Of a stretch of DNA of 50,830 bases, positions 9,502-18,004 are shown one piece after another (position 1 is the first letter of the stretch; each line of letters opens with the position of its first letter). The notes beneath the pieces are model-generated. The model ran no database searches and was not told where the DNA came from. It was given only the letters and a program-made list of their open reading frames with translations. Made by a program: the position numbers and the translations under genes. The stretch covers positions 1 through 50,830 of the forward strand of contig JBDRKW010000016.1 in assembly GCA_043813585.1 (NCBI GenBank), written 5' to 3'. The stretch is from Candidatus Kerfeldbacteria bacterium (GTDB taxonomy: Bacteria; Patescibacteriota; Patescibacteriia; UBA9570; XYC2-FULL-38-9).

Positions 9502-10584
9502 CTATAACACGTCGTCGCGTTTTCGTTTCTCCAGTTCCTCAACAATCTGTTTGACTTCATTGGAATGATATTTATCCGCTACCAGAAGCGCATCGTCCGT
9601 TTCGATAATGACAAGGTTATCCACACCAATGGTGGCAATCACCTTTTTCGGCGTTTCACTGAATACGAGCGTGTTTTCGGTTTTAACTGCAACATGTTCC
9701 GCGCCAATTGCAACATTATCCGCCTCTGTTTCTTCCAGTTCGTCCTTTAAACGCGCCCAGTCGCCGATGTCGCACCAGCCAATGTCTGCCGATACTACCG
9801 CGACTTTATCCGCTTTTTCCGTGATGGCGTAGTCAACCGCAATTTTTTCCATCTGGGGATAGACCCGCTCGATCGTCTCTTGTTCCTTCTCCGTTCCCAG
9901 GTCTTTCTCAATTTCTTCTAACTGCGCGTACATCTCCGGGAGGTATTTTTTATAGAGCCGCAGCACTGTTTCCGCTTTCCACACGAACATATTCGCGTTC
10001 CAGAGGAAGTTCGCCTTTTGAAGAAACTCTTTTGCTGTTTTTAGATCCGGTTTTTCTATGAACCGCGTCACCTTCATGAGGTTATACCCGTTGGACCGGT
10101 CCAGGACATCGCCATATTCAATATACCCAAAACCCGTATCAGGATGTGTTGGATGCACACCGATTGGAATAATCGTATCAGGATGTTTTTGGACAAACTC
10201 CTCTGTAACTTTCAGGATCTTTTGGAACTCTTCGGGCTTTTTTACGTTATGGTCAGAACCCAGGCTTGCTATCACAGCATTCTTGTCCCGATGGTAAATA
10301 ATGATTGATTCCAGCCCGATGGCAGCCGCAGTGTCGCGGCGCGCCGGTTCAGCGATGATATTCTCCGGCAGAAGCTCGTGATGCCGTTCTTTTATAGTAT
10401 CGACAAATGCAGTACTCGTAGAAACATAAATGTCCTCAATATCGGCAACCGGCCTCACCCGTTCGATTGACTCCTCCAGCATTGTTGCCCCGCCAGTGAG
10501 TGCATGGAACTGCTTTGGATTTGTTTTTCTGCTTACCGGCCACAGCCGTGAACCGACTCCCCCGGCGCGAATGACTATTTTCAT
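9502..10584 (-). CDS. sugar-1-phosphate nucleotidyltransferase (mannose-1-phosphate guanylyltransferase-like)
   Basis: 360 aa. N-terminal MKIVIRAGGVGSRLWPVSRKTNPKQF (GXGXRLWP motif) and a ManC-type core without the C-terminal isomerase domain. Confidence 0.8.
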   Translation of the reverse strand: MKIVIRAGGVGSRLWPVSRKTNPKQFHALTGGATMLEESIERVRPVADIEDIYVSTSTAFVDTIKERHHELLPENIIAEPARRDTAAAIGLESIIIYHRDKNAVIASLGSDHNVKKPEEFQKILKVTEEFVQKHPDTIIPIGVHPTHPDTGFGYIEYGDVLDRSNGYNLMKVTRFIEKPDLKTAKEFLQKANFLWNANMFVWKAETVLRLYKKYLPEMYAQLEEIEKDLGTEKEQETIERVYPQMEKIAVDYAITEKADKVAVVSADIGWCDIGDWARLKDELEETEADNVAIGAEHVAVKTENTLVFSETPKKVIATIGVDNLVIIETDDALLVADKYHSNEVKQIVEELEKRKRDDVL

Positions 10585-10587
10585 ATG

Positions 10588-11412
10588 CTATACAACGTAG
10601 AAAATTACAATTAATGCCAGCCCGAGGGCGATGCGATACCATGCAAAGCTCTGCAGCGTCTTGCGTTGCAGGAAGTTTAGCATGAATTTTATCGCCAGGA
10701 AGCCGATAATCGCCGCAGTTGCGGCCCCAAGCAGCAGCAACGGTATCTCCTGCGGACTGACGCCCACTATAGCAAGATCAATAGTTTTTTTCAATCCCGC
10801 GCCCGCAACCAGCGGGATAGAGATAAGGAAAGAAAAACGGGCTGCAGTTTCGCGGGATAATTTCGCTACCATGCCGGAGATAATGGTGATTCCGGACCGC
10901 GACGTACCCGGCACCAGCGAGAGCACCTGCATCAGCCCGATAAAGAGTGATTTCTTCCACGTGATGCCGCCCATCGAAAGTTTAAACGTATTCGGACTGC
11001 TTTTCTCGACCATGATAAAAAACAGCGCAACTGCAATAAGCATCACGATCACAACCGACACTGACCGGAAATATTCCTCGATGATGTCCTCAAAAAAGAA
11101 CCCTGCCAGTGCTGCCGGGATAATGGCGACGATGATATTCCAGGACAACCGCTGGTCATCTGTATACTGCCCTTTTTTCGCCTTAAAGCTGGAAATCCAG
11201 GCGGCAACATACTTCACGCCGTCTTTCCAAAAGAATACGACCAGCGCCAGCAGGGTACCTATATGCATTGCAACGTCGAATGCAAGGTCGTCAGAAAAGT
11301 GAAACCCCGGAAACATTTCATGCAGGATGAGCAGGTGGCCGGACGATGAAACTGGGATAAATTCTGTCAGCCCTTGGACGATTCCGAAAATGATCGCTAT
11401 AATACTATCCAT
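10588..11412 (-). CDS. uppP: undecaprenyl-diphosphate phosphatase (BacA/UppP)
   Basis: 274 aa polytopic membrane protein with the signatures EFIPVSSSGHL and PGTSRSGITI. Confidence 0.9.
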   Translation of the reverse strand: MDSIIAIIFGIVQGLTEFIPVSSSGHLLILHEMFPGFHFSDDLAFDVAMHIGTLLALVVFFWKDGVKYVAAWISSFKAKKGQYTDDQRLSWNIIVAIIPAALAGFFFEDIIEEYFRSVSVVIVMLIAVALFFIMVEKSSPNTFKLSMGGITWKKSLFIGLMQVLSLVPGTSRSGITIISGMVAKLSRETAARFSFLISIPLVAGAGLKKTIDLAIVGVSPQEIPLLLLGAATAAIIGFLAIKFMLNFLQRKTLQSFAWYRIALGLALIVIFYVV

Positions 11413-11862
11413 ATGAATACATTTATTGAAACATGGCAGGTATTGCTTATACCGCTTGCCGTTCTGATTATATCACAATTCGCCAAAGTCGCCGTCGAAA
11501 GCGTAAAAAAAGGTTTTTCCTTAAAGCATATCAACAGCTACGGCGGCATGCCGTCGTCCCATACCGCGCTGTTTGTCTCGATAACGCTGATGGTCGGACT
11601 CACCGAAGGATGGTCTTCTCCGCTTGTGTTTGTTACCGGCCTCGTGTCGCTGGTGTTTATCCGCGATGCGGTCGGCTTGCGGCGCTACCTGGGCAGGCAC
11701 GGACAGGTGCTGAATGTCCTCATGAAAAAGAATTTGAGCGAGGAAGAACGGAAACAGTTTCCAAACCATCTGGAAGAACGGCTGGGGCATACCTATCCTG
11801 AAGTGTTTGCCGGTGGCGTGCTGGCGGTTATTGCGACTTTTCTTCTGTACTGTCTTCTGTAG
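11413..11862 (+). CDS. divergent PAP2-family (DUF212, acid phosphatase/haloperoxidase-related) membrane protein
   Basis: The track start (11374) is a TTG inside uppP. The first ATG is at 11413 (MNTFIETWQVLLIPLAV). Motifs: YGGMPSSHTALF, IRDAVGLRR, LGHTYPEVFAG. Confidence 0.75.
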   Translation: MNTFIETWQVLLIPLAVLIISQFAKVAVESVKKGFSLKHINSYGGMPSSHTALFVSITLMVGLTEGWSSPLVFVTGLVSLVFIRDAVGLRRYLGRHGQVLNVLMKKNLSEEERKQFPNHLEERLGHTYPEVFAGGVLAVIATFLLYCLL

Positions 11863-13084
11863 GGGTTCCGTACAGCGGCGCCGGGTCCAGCACTTTCCCG
11901 CGCGCAACAATCGGACCTTCCAAATCTATCAAATCATCGATGTACCGTTCCTGCAAAGAACGGTTTTTATGAATATCCAGGCCGAGCGCGTTGCTGCTCA
12001 TATCAAATCCCGTAACAACGGTGACGTGGCCGCTTTCAAAATATAGGATATCACCGATCTGGTTCCAGCCTTCGTTTAGCTGCTCCCCTGTCTGCAGCCA
12101 GCCCATATGGTCGAGCCATACTTTGATATTTTCGTTGTCGCGGTCAAAATACGGATCGGACGGCGGCAACAGGTACCCGTCGGGGTGCTGCTCATAATCG
12201 TAGGCCATTTCGGTCTGCAAGTGGATCCCGGCCGCGGCATACAGCTGCATAATGAAGTTATTGTTGGCCGTAAAGCCGAGGCGCTGCGGTATCTCCATAA
12301 TTCCGCCTTCGGTCGGGTCGTATATGCCGTTGAAGAAGAATTCGGCGTGCTGGATAATCTTGAGGACATTCGCGTCGCCATCGCCGTCCGCGTCCAGGTC
12401 TTCAATGTTCAGCTGGCCGTCGCCGTCAATATCTCGGTCCGCGTAATTGACGATCCCGTCATTATCCAAGTCGCTGAAGTACCCGCCATACGGCGCATGA
12501 TACAGCCGCTTGTTTGCATAGGTTATTGTTGCTACGCCGCCGACGTAAATCAGTATAAGCAGCGCAGTCAGGATAATGCGCGCTTGCCGCTTCTTCACAA
12601 ACATCCAAAGGAGAACGTAGAAGAAAAAGAAGAAAATAGTCCCTTCAATCAGGTAATTGACGAATGAAAGGTTGTTGCTGATGAGTTCAATGCCCAAATC
12701 TGCCAGGCCGTAGAATTCTGCGGAAAACGGGTAGAATAGCTTGATTTGCGCCACGATCATATCTGCGATCAGGTGGCTGAAGATACTGGTGCCGATGACA
12801 AAAGTAACAAGGAAGGCCTTGTATTTCTTTAAGAACCAAAAAATAAGGCAAAGAGCGACGATAACGACGAGATATAAGATGGGCGCGTGGCTTGGAAAGT
12901 TCCGATGCGAACCCTCGGCATTAATGAAATAAAAATAAATCAGATCTAGGTCCGGTATAACGCCTGCAAAAAAACCGACAACAAGCAGTTTGTACTGAAA
13001 CTTTTTCGTTATGCCGAACTTCTTCCAAAACGGTTTAGATGTCCAGGCAGCGAGAAAACCGAGTGGTGCGTGTGCAAACAGCAT
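11828..13084 (-). CDS. membrane protein: YdjM-like metal-dependent hydrolase N-domain, thrombospondin type-3-like Ca-binding repeats, DUF1287/NlpC-like C-domain
   Basis: 418 aa. N-terminal polytopic region (PDLDLIYFY, SHRNFPSHAP, LIADMI). Asp-rich DxDxDG repeats (SDLDNDGIVNYADRDIDGDGQLNIEDLDADGDGD). The C-terminal soluble domain (GDILYFESGHVTVVTG) is only weakly assignable. Confidence 0.55.
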   Translation of the reverse strand: MLFAHAPLGFLAAWTSKPFWKKFGITKKFQYKLLVVGFFAGVIPDLDLIYFYFINAEGSHRNFPSHAPILYLVVIVALCLIFWFLKKYKAFLVTFVIGTSIFSHLIADMIVAQIKLFYPFSAEFYGLADLGIELISNNLSFVNYLIEGTIFFFFFYVLLWMFVKKRQARIILTALLILIYVGGVATITYANKRLYHAPYGGYFSDLDNDGIVNYADRDIDGDGQLNIEDLDADGDGDANVLKIIQHAEFFFNGIYDPTEGGIMEIPQRLGFTANNNFIMQLYAAAGIHLQTEMAYDYEQHPDGYLLPPSDPYFDRDNENIKVWLDHMGWLQTGEQLNEGWNQIGDILYFESGHVTVVTGFDMSSNALGLDIHKNRSLQERYIDDLIDLEGPIVARGKVLDPAPLYGTPTEDSTEEKSQ

Positions 13085-13093
13085 TATGGATTG

Positions 13094-13417
13094 TTATTCG
13101 AATAAATCTTTCTTGACCTCGTCCCATTCATCCGTGTCATCGTTGAACACGAAAATCTGTATGTGGCTGACAAACTCATCTTCAGAAAAGATGATCTCTT
13201 CGCGGGAATCGCCGCCAATGCGGGTGGAACCGTGGACTTTGCGGCCGATCGTTTTCGGCTTTGTCACGAATTCGACGCGCATGAACCCCATCGGGCCTTC
13301 GAACTCGAGCACTTCGGCCTGTCCGGGCGAATCTTCCATGTCTTCCGTGCCTTCGTATTCGATCTCAAACTGGTCCTTTATCGAGGCCCTAATTGTCTCC
13401 CAGCGTTCTTCGTTCAT
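13094..13417 (-). CDS. small acidic hypothetical protein
   Basis: The track ORF (to 13525) overlaps the upstream gene by 89 nt. The internal ATG at 13417 gives 107 aa, MNEERWETIRASIKDQFEIEYEG... I recognise no family. Confidence 0.5.
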   Translation of the reverse strand: MNEERWETIRASIKDQFEIEYEGTEDMEDSPGQAEVLEFEGPMGFMRVEFVTKPKTIGRKVHGSTRIGGDSREEIIFSEDEFVSHIQIFVFNDDTDEWDEVKKDLFE

Positions 13418-13436
13418 ATGCCGTATTGTACATGAA

Positions 13437-16310
13437 TTATCGCGCGAGATGAAGTCCGCCGGTGAACGCGTCGTCGTATACCTTGTAGGAATCGATTTTC
13501 GTGATTCCCGCCTTGCGCATCTCATATACCTTCACGCTGCTCGCTCCCGCTTCTTTGGCCGTCACCAAATCCGCCTTCCAGTCTCTGTCAATGTCTGCAA
13601 GGCTGATAGTGATCCCGTTTTCGAATCCGTTCTTGAACGGTTTGACGGAATCAACGGTCCGCATGGTGTTCGAGCTTCTCTTTACTTCCATGATTTTGAC
13701 AGTTCCGCCTGCTGCGTTTCCGTTGCGGGGCGCGACGACAATTTCATCCTTGATGCTTTTCTTTTTTATGTCGCCGCAGATGATATTCACACCGCCCGAG
13801 TATGATTCTTTAAACACGTGCTTCCTGCTGCGCAGCCTGAACCGTTTTCCGTCCTGGTATTCATATACCTTGATAAGGCTGTTCCCTGTGTTTGACCCGA
13901 CAACGATGTCATCTCTACCGTTAAAGTCCACGTCGCCGGATGCGAGCGTAACGCCGAGCGCCGCGTTTCTGCCGGTGTAGACTTTTTTCCCGAACCAGAG
14001 CACGGCATCCTTTTTCTTTGGACGCCACTTGAAAGCCCTTACAATGCTTTTTTCCGAACGAGTTCCCACGATGATTTCATCGTCGCCGTCAGCGTTGATG
14101 TCGGCAGAGGTGAGAACTGCTCCTCCGTAATAATCCTGTCCGAACGCCCGAAACCGGTCGATCTCCTTGAAGTTCTTGGCTGACGTATACCGGTAAACCT
14201 TCACAAGCAAGCGCTTGCCGCTTTTCGGCGCCATAATAACTTCGTCGCGGCCGTCTCCGTTCATATCAGCGCGCGCAAGGCTGATGCCGCCTGTGAAGTC
14301 CGACCCATACGGGAAAGCAGTCTCCATCCGGGCGCCGTCTGTTTCATAAAGAATGACGTGCCCCGGTTCGCCTGCGGCCGGCACAATCACCAGTTCCAAT
14401 TCATTATCACCGTCTACGTCGGCCCAGATGGAATCATATCCGTGGGACAATGCTTTATCGTATGCGAAGAATGATCCCTTGCGGTCGTGGAATTTGCCGA
14501 AGACCTGAACGTTGGAACCGCCGTATTGCCCCGGCAGCGCCGCGACTCGCGTTGGAACGACCGGCTCTTCCAAGACTTTGTACGATCTTGATTCTTGGCT
14601 GCTCTTGTGCGTAAACGCAAGCGTTCCCTCGTCATCTGATGCCTTTATCTTTTTTGCCTGTCCGTTGGCAAAAATGGTATACCGCCGGTCTGTTTTTCCT
14701 GTGTCAATATTAAAACGTGTCTTTTTGTTGTCGCCGGTTGTCTCCGACCATGACCGACTGTTCTCACTGGGAAGCCATGAGGCGATGGACACCGTGGTGC
14801 TCTGCTCTGCATAATCTATTGAAAGTTCTGTTTCCGGGTCGTCGGGCGTGGGCAGCGGATCGAATGTGACGACGCCGTTTACATCAACACTATTTTCAAC
14901 ATGTTCGTGGATTGCTTTCCGTTCCTTCACCTCTACGCCAAAACTCTCCCCTGCTGCAAGTTCAAATTCAAGGTACCCATACAATACGCCGTCCAGCTCG
15001 GTTGAAACGAAGTCCAGAAATGTCCCGTCGCTTTTTGATGCGTATAACTTGTTCGATGGCTGGATATTCACGCGCGAACGTATGTACGGTGCGTCGATAG
15101 TTCCGTTATTCTCAATGGTGAACGCCACCTCTTCTGCAGAGCCGTCATTCACCCCTTCATATTCGAGGTCGACATCAAAATCAGAATAGTCAAACAGTTC
15201 ATGTTCAATTCCGGACGCAGTCACATGCACCATAACGAAAAAATGATCCGTGTCGTTGTAGTTGTACATTGTTCCGCCGGCACCCGCAGCAATAAGCTGA
15301 TAGAAGCCGCCATGTAACCCAGGAATTTCATCGTCGGTCAGGTATCTGTAATCGTAGCCGTGCGCATCACCCGTAATCACGAGGTCTACTCCGTTCTGCG
15401 TGAGGATATTTCCGATTTCATCCCGCTGGCCTTCCTGAATGCCGGCAGAGTCTGCCCAATCCGGCGGGTAAAGCGGATGCTGCATGAAAACGATACTATG
15501 CTCCTCTGTTGCGGATGCAAGCGTCGCCTCGAGCCAATCCAGCTGGTCCTGCGTGAGTTTCCCTTCGTCATTGTAGTCCTCTGTGGTGTTAACGCCCACG
15601 AACCGGGTGTTGCGGTAGACAAAGGAATAATCCCGGTTGCCGTAGAATGCGGAATAGTAGGTGTCGAGATCCTGCCTGGCGTCATGGTCGCCGGGCACGA
15701 GGAAACTGGAACCGGCAAACGCGCGGAATACCTCGTCGTATGCCTCGTATTCGCTGAGGTGATTCGCTGCGCTCGCGGTGCTCCCTTTTATAATGTCGCC
15801 GGAGATCGTGTTGAACGATACATTAATGATATCCAGCTGGTTCATTATTTTTTTAAACACCGGATTTGGAATCGTTCCCGTCGACTGGGTGTCGGACATG
15901 GCAACAAACCAGAAGTCTTCTGCATTTCCGTCATAGTCCCATGGTGAAATTGTGTAGGTTTCAGCCTCCCAGGCATCAAGTGAACTGGTAAAAAAGATAT
16001 CATCTTCATTCCTGGTTGTTGCAATATAATTGCCGCTTCCGTCTTTTACCTGATATGCCGATGGGTCTAGGTTTTGGACGGTAACCTTTGTCTCGCCAGG
16101 GACATTGCTGTCATTATCTACAGTGATATCGCAAATCGGGCTTTGGAGCCAAACGGTCGCCTCGCCATTTTCATGCGTACGCTCAAAGCAGCCATTATAG
16201 GAGATATCAGCAGCAGCGACTGAAAAAGGCAATGCCCACAATGCACCGATAATGCCAATTTTGCCGATTTTTCGCGCAATAAACACGTTCACGTTATTTA
16301 CGGATTTCAC
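13437..16310 (-). CDS. secreted calcineurin-like metallophosphoesterase fused to FG-GAP/VCBS beta-propeller repeats
   Basis: 957 aa, GTG start per track. Signal-like N-terminus (IGIIGALWALPFSVAAA). MPE motifs: VAMSDTQ, GDIIKG, VPGDHD, MQHPLY, ITGDAHGYDY. About six C-terminal repeats of the type ADxxGDGxDEhhh (ADMNGDGRDEVIMAP, ADINADGDDEIIVGT, GDVDFNGRDDIVVGS). Confidence 0.75.
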   Translation of the reverse strand: MKSVNNVNVFIARKIGKIGIIGALWALPFSVAAADISYNGCFERTHENGEATVWLQSPICDITVDNDSNVPGETKVTVQNLDPSAYQVKDGSGNYIATTRNEDDIFFTSSLDAWEAETYTISPWDYDGNAEDFWFVAMSDTQSTGTIPNPVFKKIMNQLDIINVSFNTISGDIIKGSTASAANHLSEYEAYDEVFRAFAGSSFLVPGDHDARQDLDTYYSAFYGNRDYSFVYRNTRFVGVNTTEDYNDEGKLTQDQLDWLEATLASATEEHSIVFMQHPLYPPDWADSAGIQEGQRDEIGNILTQNGVDLVITGDAHGYDYRYLTDDEIPGLHGGFYQLIAAGAGGTMYNYNDTDHFFVMVHVTASGIEHELFDYSDFDVDLEYEGVNDGSAEEVAFTIENNGTIDAPYIRSRVNIQPSNKLYASKSDGTFLDFVSTELDGVLYGYLEFELAAGESFGVEVKERKAIHEHVENSVDVNGVVTFDPLPTPDDPETELSIDYAEQSTTVSIASWLPSENSRSWSETTGDNKKTRFNIDTGKTDRRYTIFANGQAKKIKASDDEGTLAFTHKSSQESRSYKVLEEPVVPTRVAALPGQYGGSNVQVFGKFHDRKGSFFAYDKALSHGYDSIWADVDGDNELELVIVPAAGEPGHVILYETDGARMETAFPYGSDFTGGISLARADMNGDGRDEVIMAPKSGKRLLVKVYRYTSAKNFKEIDRFRAFGQDYYGGAVLTSADINADGDDEIIVGTRSEKSIVRAFKWRPKKKDAVLWFGKKVYTGRNAALGVTLASGDVDFNGRDDIVVGSNTGNSLIKVYEYQDGKRFRLRSRKHVFKESYSGGVNIICGDIKKKSIKDEIVVAPRNGNAAGGTVKIMEVKRSSNTMRTVDSVKPFKNGFENGITISLADIDRDWKADLVTAKEAGASSVKVYEMRKAGITKIDSYKVYDDAFTGGLHLAR

Positions 16311-16334
16311 ACCTATACCCTAACAAAAATCACC

Positions 16335-16372
16335 AAAAAAAAGAAGCGGACAGATTCCTTCTCTCTGTCCGC
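16335..16372 (-). terminator. rho-independent terminator of the FAD oxidoreductase gene
   Basis: Minus strand: GCGGACAG-11 nt-CTGTCCGC (16372..16365 / 16353..16346) followed by CTTCTTTTTTTT, 13 nt after the stop at 16385. Confidence 0.7.
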
Positions 16373-16384
16373 CGTGGGAAGTGG

Positions 16385-17848
16385 TTACTCCCCGAAGTTC
16401 TTCGCGATCCACTCGGCCACGAGCATGCCGTGCACGCTCGCGCCGTTCAGACCGCGGGTGTAGCCGGCGCCGTCGCCTGCCACGTGCAGGTGGTGTGCCG
16501 CTTCGAAGCCGCGGGTCGGGTCAGCTTCCACACGAGACATGTGGAGCTTGATCTCCGGCCCGTACAACAGCGTGTCCGGGTTGTTGATCCCGGGCGCGAT
16601 GAAGTCGAACGCTTCGAAGAAGCGCATGAGCCCGGCCGTGAACCGTCCCGGCATCGCGAGTCGGATGTCGCCGGGAATGGCGCCGCCTTCCTCGGTCAGC
16701 GTGGGCGTCACCATCGACTTGGCGATCCGGTGCGGAGTCGAGCGGCGCTGGTCGCGCATGTCGCCGAGCCGCTGCACCAGGATGCCTTCGCCTCCGGCCA
16801 GGTCGTTGTGGAGGTCCGCGATCCGCTGGCCGTAGCGCAACGGGTTGCTGAAGGGCGCAGTGAACACCTGCGTGCCGAGAACCGCGAAGTTGCAGTTGTC
16901 GGACAGGTTCTCGGGGTCGGTGTGCCCGTTGGCGCACCGGATGCCGGTGTCCTGATAGTGCTCCATGGCCACGCGGCCGTTGGGGCACATGCAGAACGTC
17001 CGCCAGTTGTCGTCATTCCCCGAGCGGAAGTAGCACTTGGCCTCGTACAAGAGGTCGGTGAGCTCCTCCATGATCACCTGCGAGGTCTCCACGCGGACGC
17101 CGATGTCGACGCCGTTGTTGTGCAGCAGCATACCCTTGGCCTCCGCGAACGCCCGGAACCAGGTGGCACCCGAGCGGCCGGGACACACGATGACGTGCTT
17201 CGCCCAGCAGGTTCCTCGCTCACGGGTCTGCACCATCCAGCCCCTGTCGGTGTGCACCATGTCCTGGACCATGCACTCCTCCATGATCTCCACGCCGTGG
17301 TCGGTCAGGTAGGTGCGGATGTTCTCCACGATGGCATGCGCCGTACTCGTCCCCAGATGAAGGATGGGGAACGTGTGGAGCTCGATCCGGTGCGCGGCAC
17401 CGATCCGCTGGAGCTCGCGTACGCGTCGGACGGCATCAACGTTCTTCTCGTCACGAACGCCGAAGATGCGCTTGTTGTCGCCGCCGAACTTGATGTACAG
17501 GTCCGCCGCCTCGTGCAGGCGACGAACGTACGTCTCGCGCGAGACGTAGCCGCCGGTGACCAGTCGGCCACCGACCCTGCCCGTCTCGTCCAGGTTGAAT
17601 TTCCCGTCCGAGACCGCACCGGCACCGCCCCATCCCTCGGTGAGGGAGTCGGGGTGCTCGTCGTCGCAGCTACCGCTCGCGATCTTGTCCAGGTCCTCGC
17701 TGGACCCGTTGTGCCGACGCTTGCCCTTCTCGAACATGATGATCGAGAGGTCCGGGCGCAGCTCCACCAGCTTGATCGCTGCGAACATGGCCGCGGGGCC
17801 AGTCCCAACGATCGCGACATCAAAACCAGGTCCCACGTGCTTCTTCAT
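16385..17848 (-). CDS. FAD-dependent oxidoreductase (uncharacterised NAD(FAD)-dependent dehydrogenase type)
   Basis: The track ORF starts at a TTG (17965). The ATG at 17848 is preceded by GAGGAG 7 nt upstream and gives MKKHVGPGFDVAIVGTGPAAMFAA (a GxGxxA dinucleotide fold). C-terminal VAGDGAGYTRGLNGA. GC is very high (42/60 on line 16681) and many spurious overlapping ORFs are present. Confidence 0.8.
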   Translation of the reverse strand: MKKHVGPGFDVAIVGTGPAAMFAAIKLVELRPDLSIIMFEKGKRRHNGSSEDLDKIASGSCDDEHPDSLTEGWGGAGAVSDGKFNLDETGRVGGRLVTGGYVSRETYVRRLHEAADLYIKFGGDNKRIFGVRDEKNVDAVRRVRELQRIGAAHRIELHTFPILHLGTSTAHAIVENIRTYLTDHGVEIMEECMVQDMVHTDRGWMVQTRERGTCWAKHVIVCPGRSGATWFRAFAEAKGMLLHNNGVDIGVRVETSQVIMEELTDLLYEAKCYFRSGNDDNWRTFCMCPNGRVAMEHYQDTGIRCANGHTDPENLSDNCNFAVLGTQVFTAPFSNPLRYGQRIADLHNDLAGGEGILVQRLGDMRDQRRSTPHRIAKSMVTPTLTEEGGAIPGDIRLAMPGRFTAGLMRFFEAFDFIAPGINNPDTLLYGPEIKLHMSRVEADPTRGFEAAHHLHVAGDGAGYTRGLNGASVHGMLVAEWIAKNFGE

Positions 17849-18004
17849 GAGCTTTCTCCTCGGTCCAAATTGAATCGCGCAACCCTGCATTAAGGGTCGC
17901 AGGGTTGTTGACTGTATTGCAAATAACGCGCTTTTCAGCGCATCAAATGCGCAAAAAGACGTCAAATGACGTTACCACGATTATATCGAAAAGTCAACCC
18001 TAAA
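17849..18004 (-). promoter_or_regulatory. regulatory/leader region of the FAD oxidoreductase gene
   Basis: Perfect 9-bp hairpin CAACCCTGC-10 nt-GCAGGGTTG (17880..17907) about 30 nt upstream of the ATG. Palindrome ACGTCA-AA-TGACGT (17959..17972). TATAAT-like box and TTGACT near 17975..18000. The exact promoter is not resolved. Confidence 0.35.

Noticed and set aside
16430-17893. 487-aa plus-strand ORF, plus several 60-170 aa ORFs in the same region
   Set aside because: It is antisense to or out of frame with the FAD oxidoreductase gene. Long spurious ORFs are expected at about 65-70% GC. The translation is Arg/Ala/Val/Gly-rich with no motifs, while the minus-strand frame has the GxGxxA fold and an SD.
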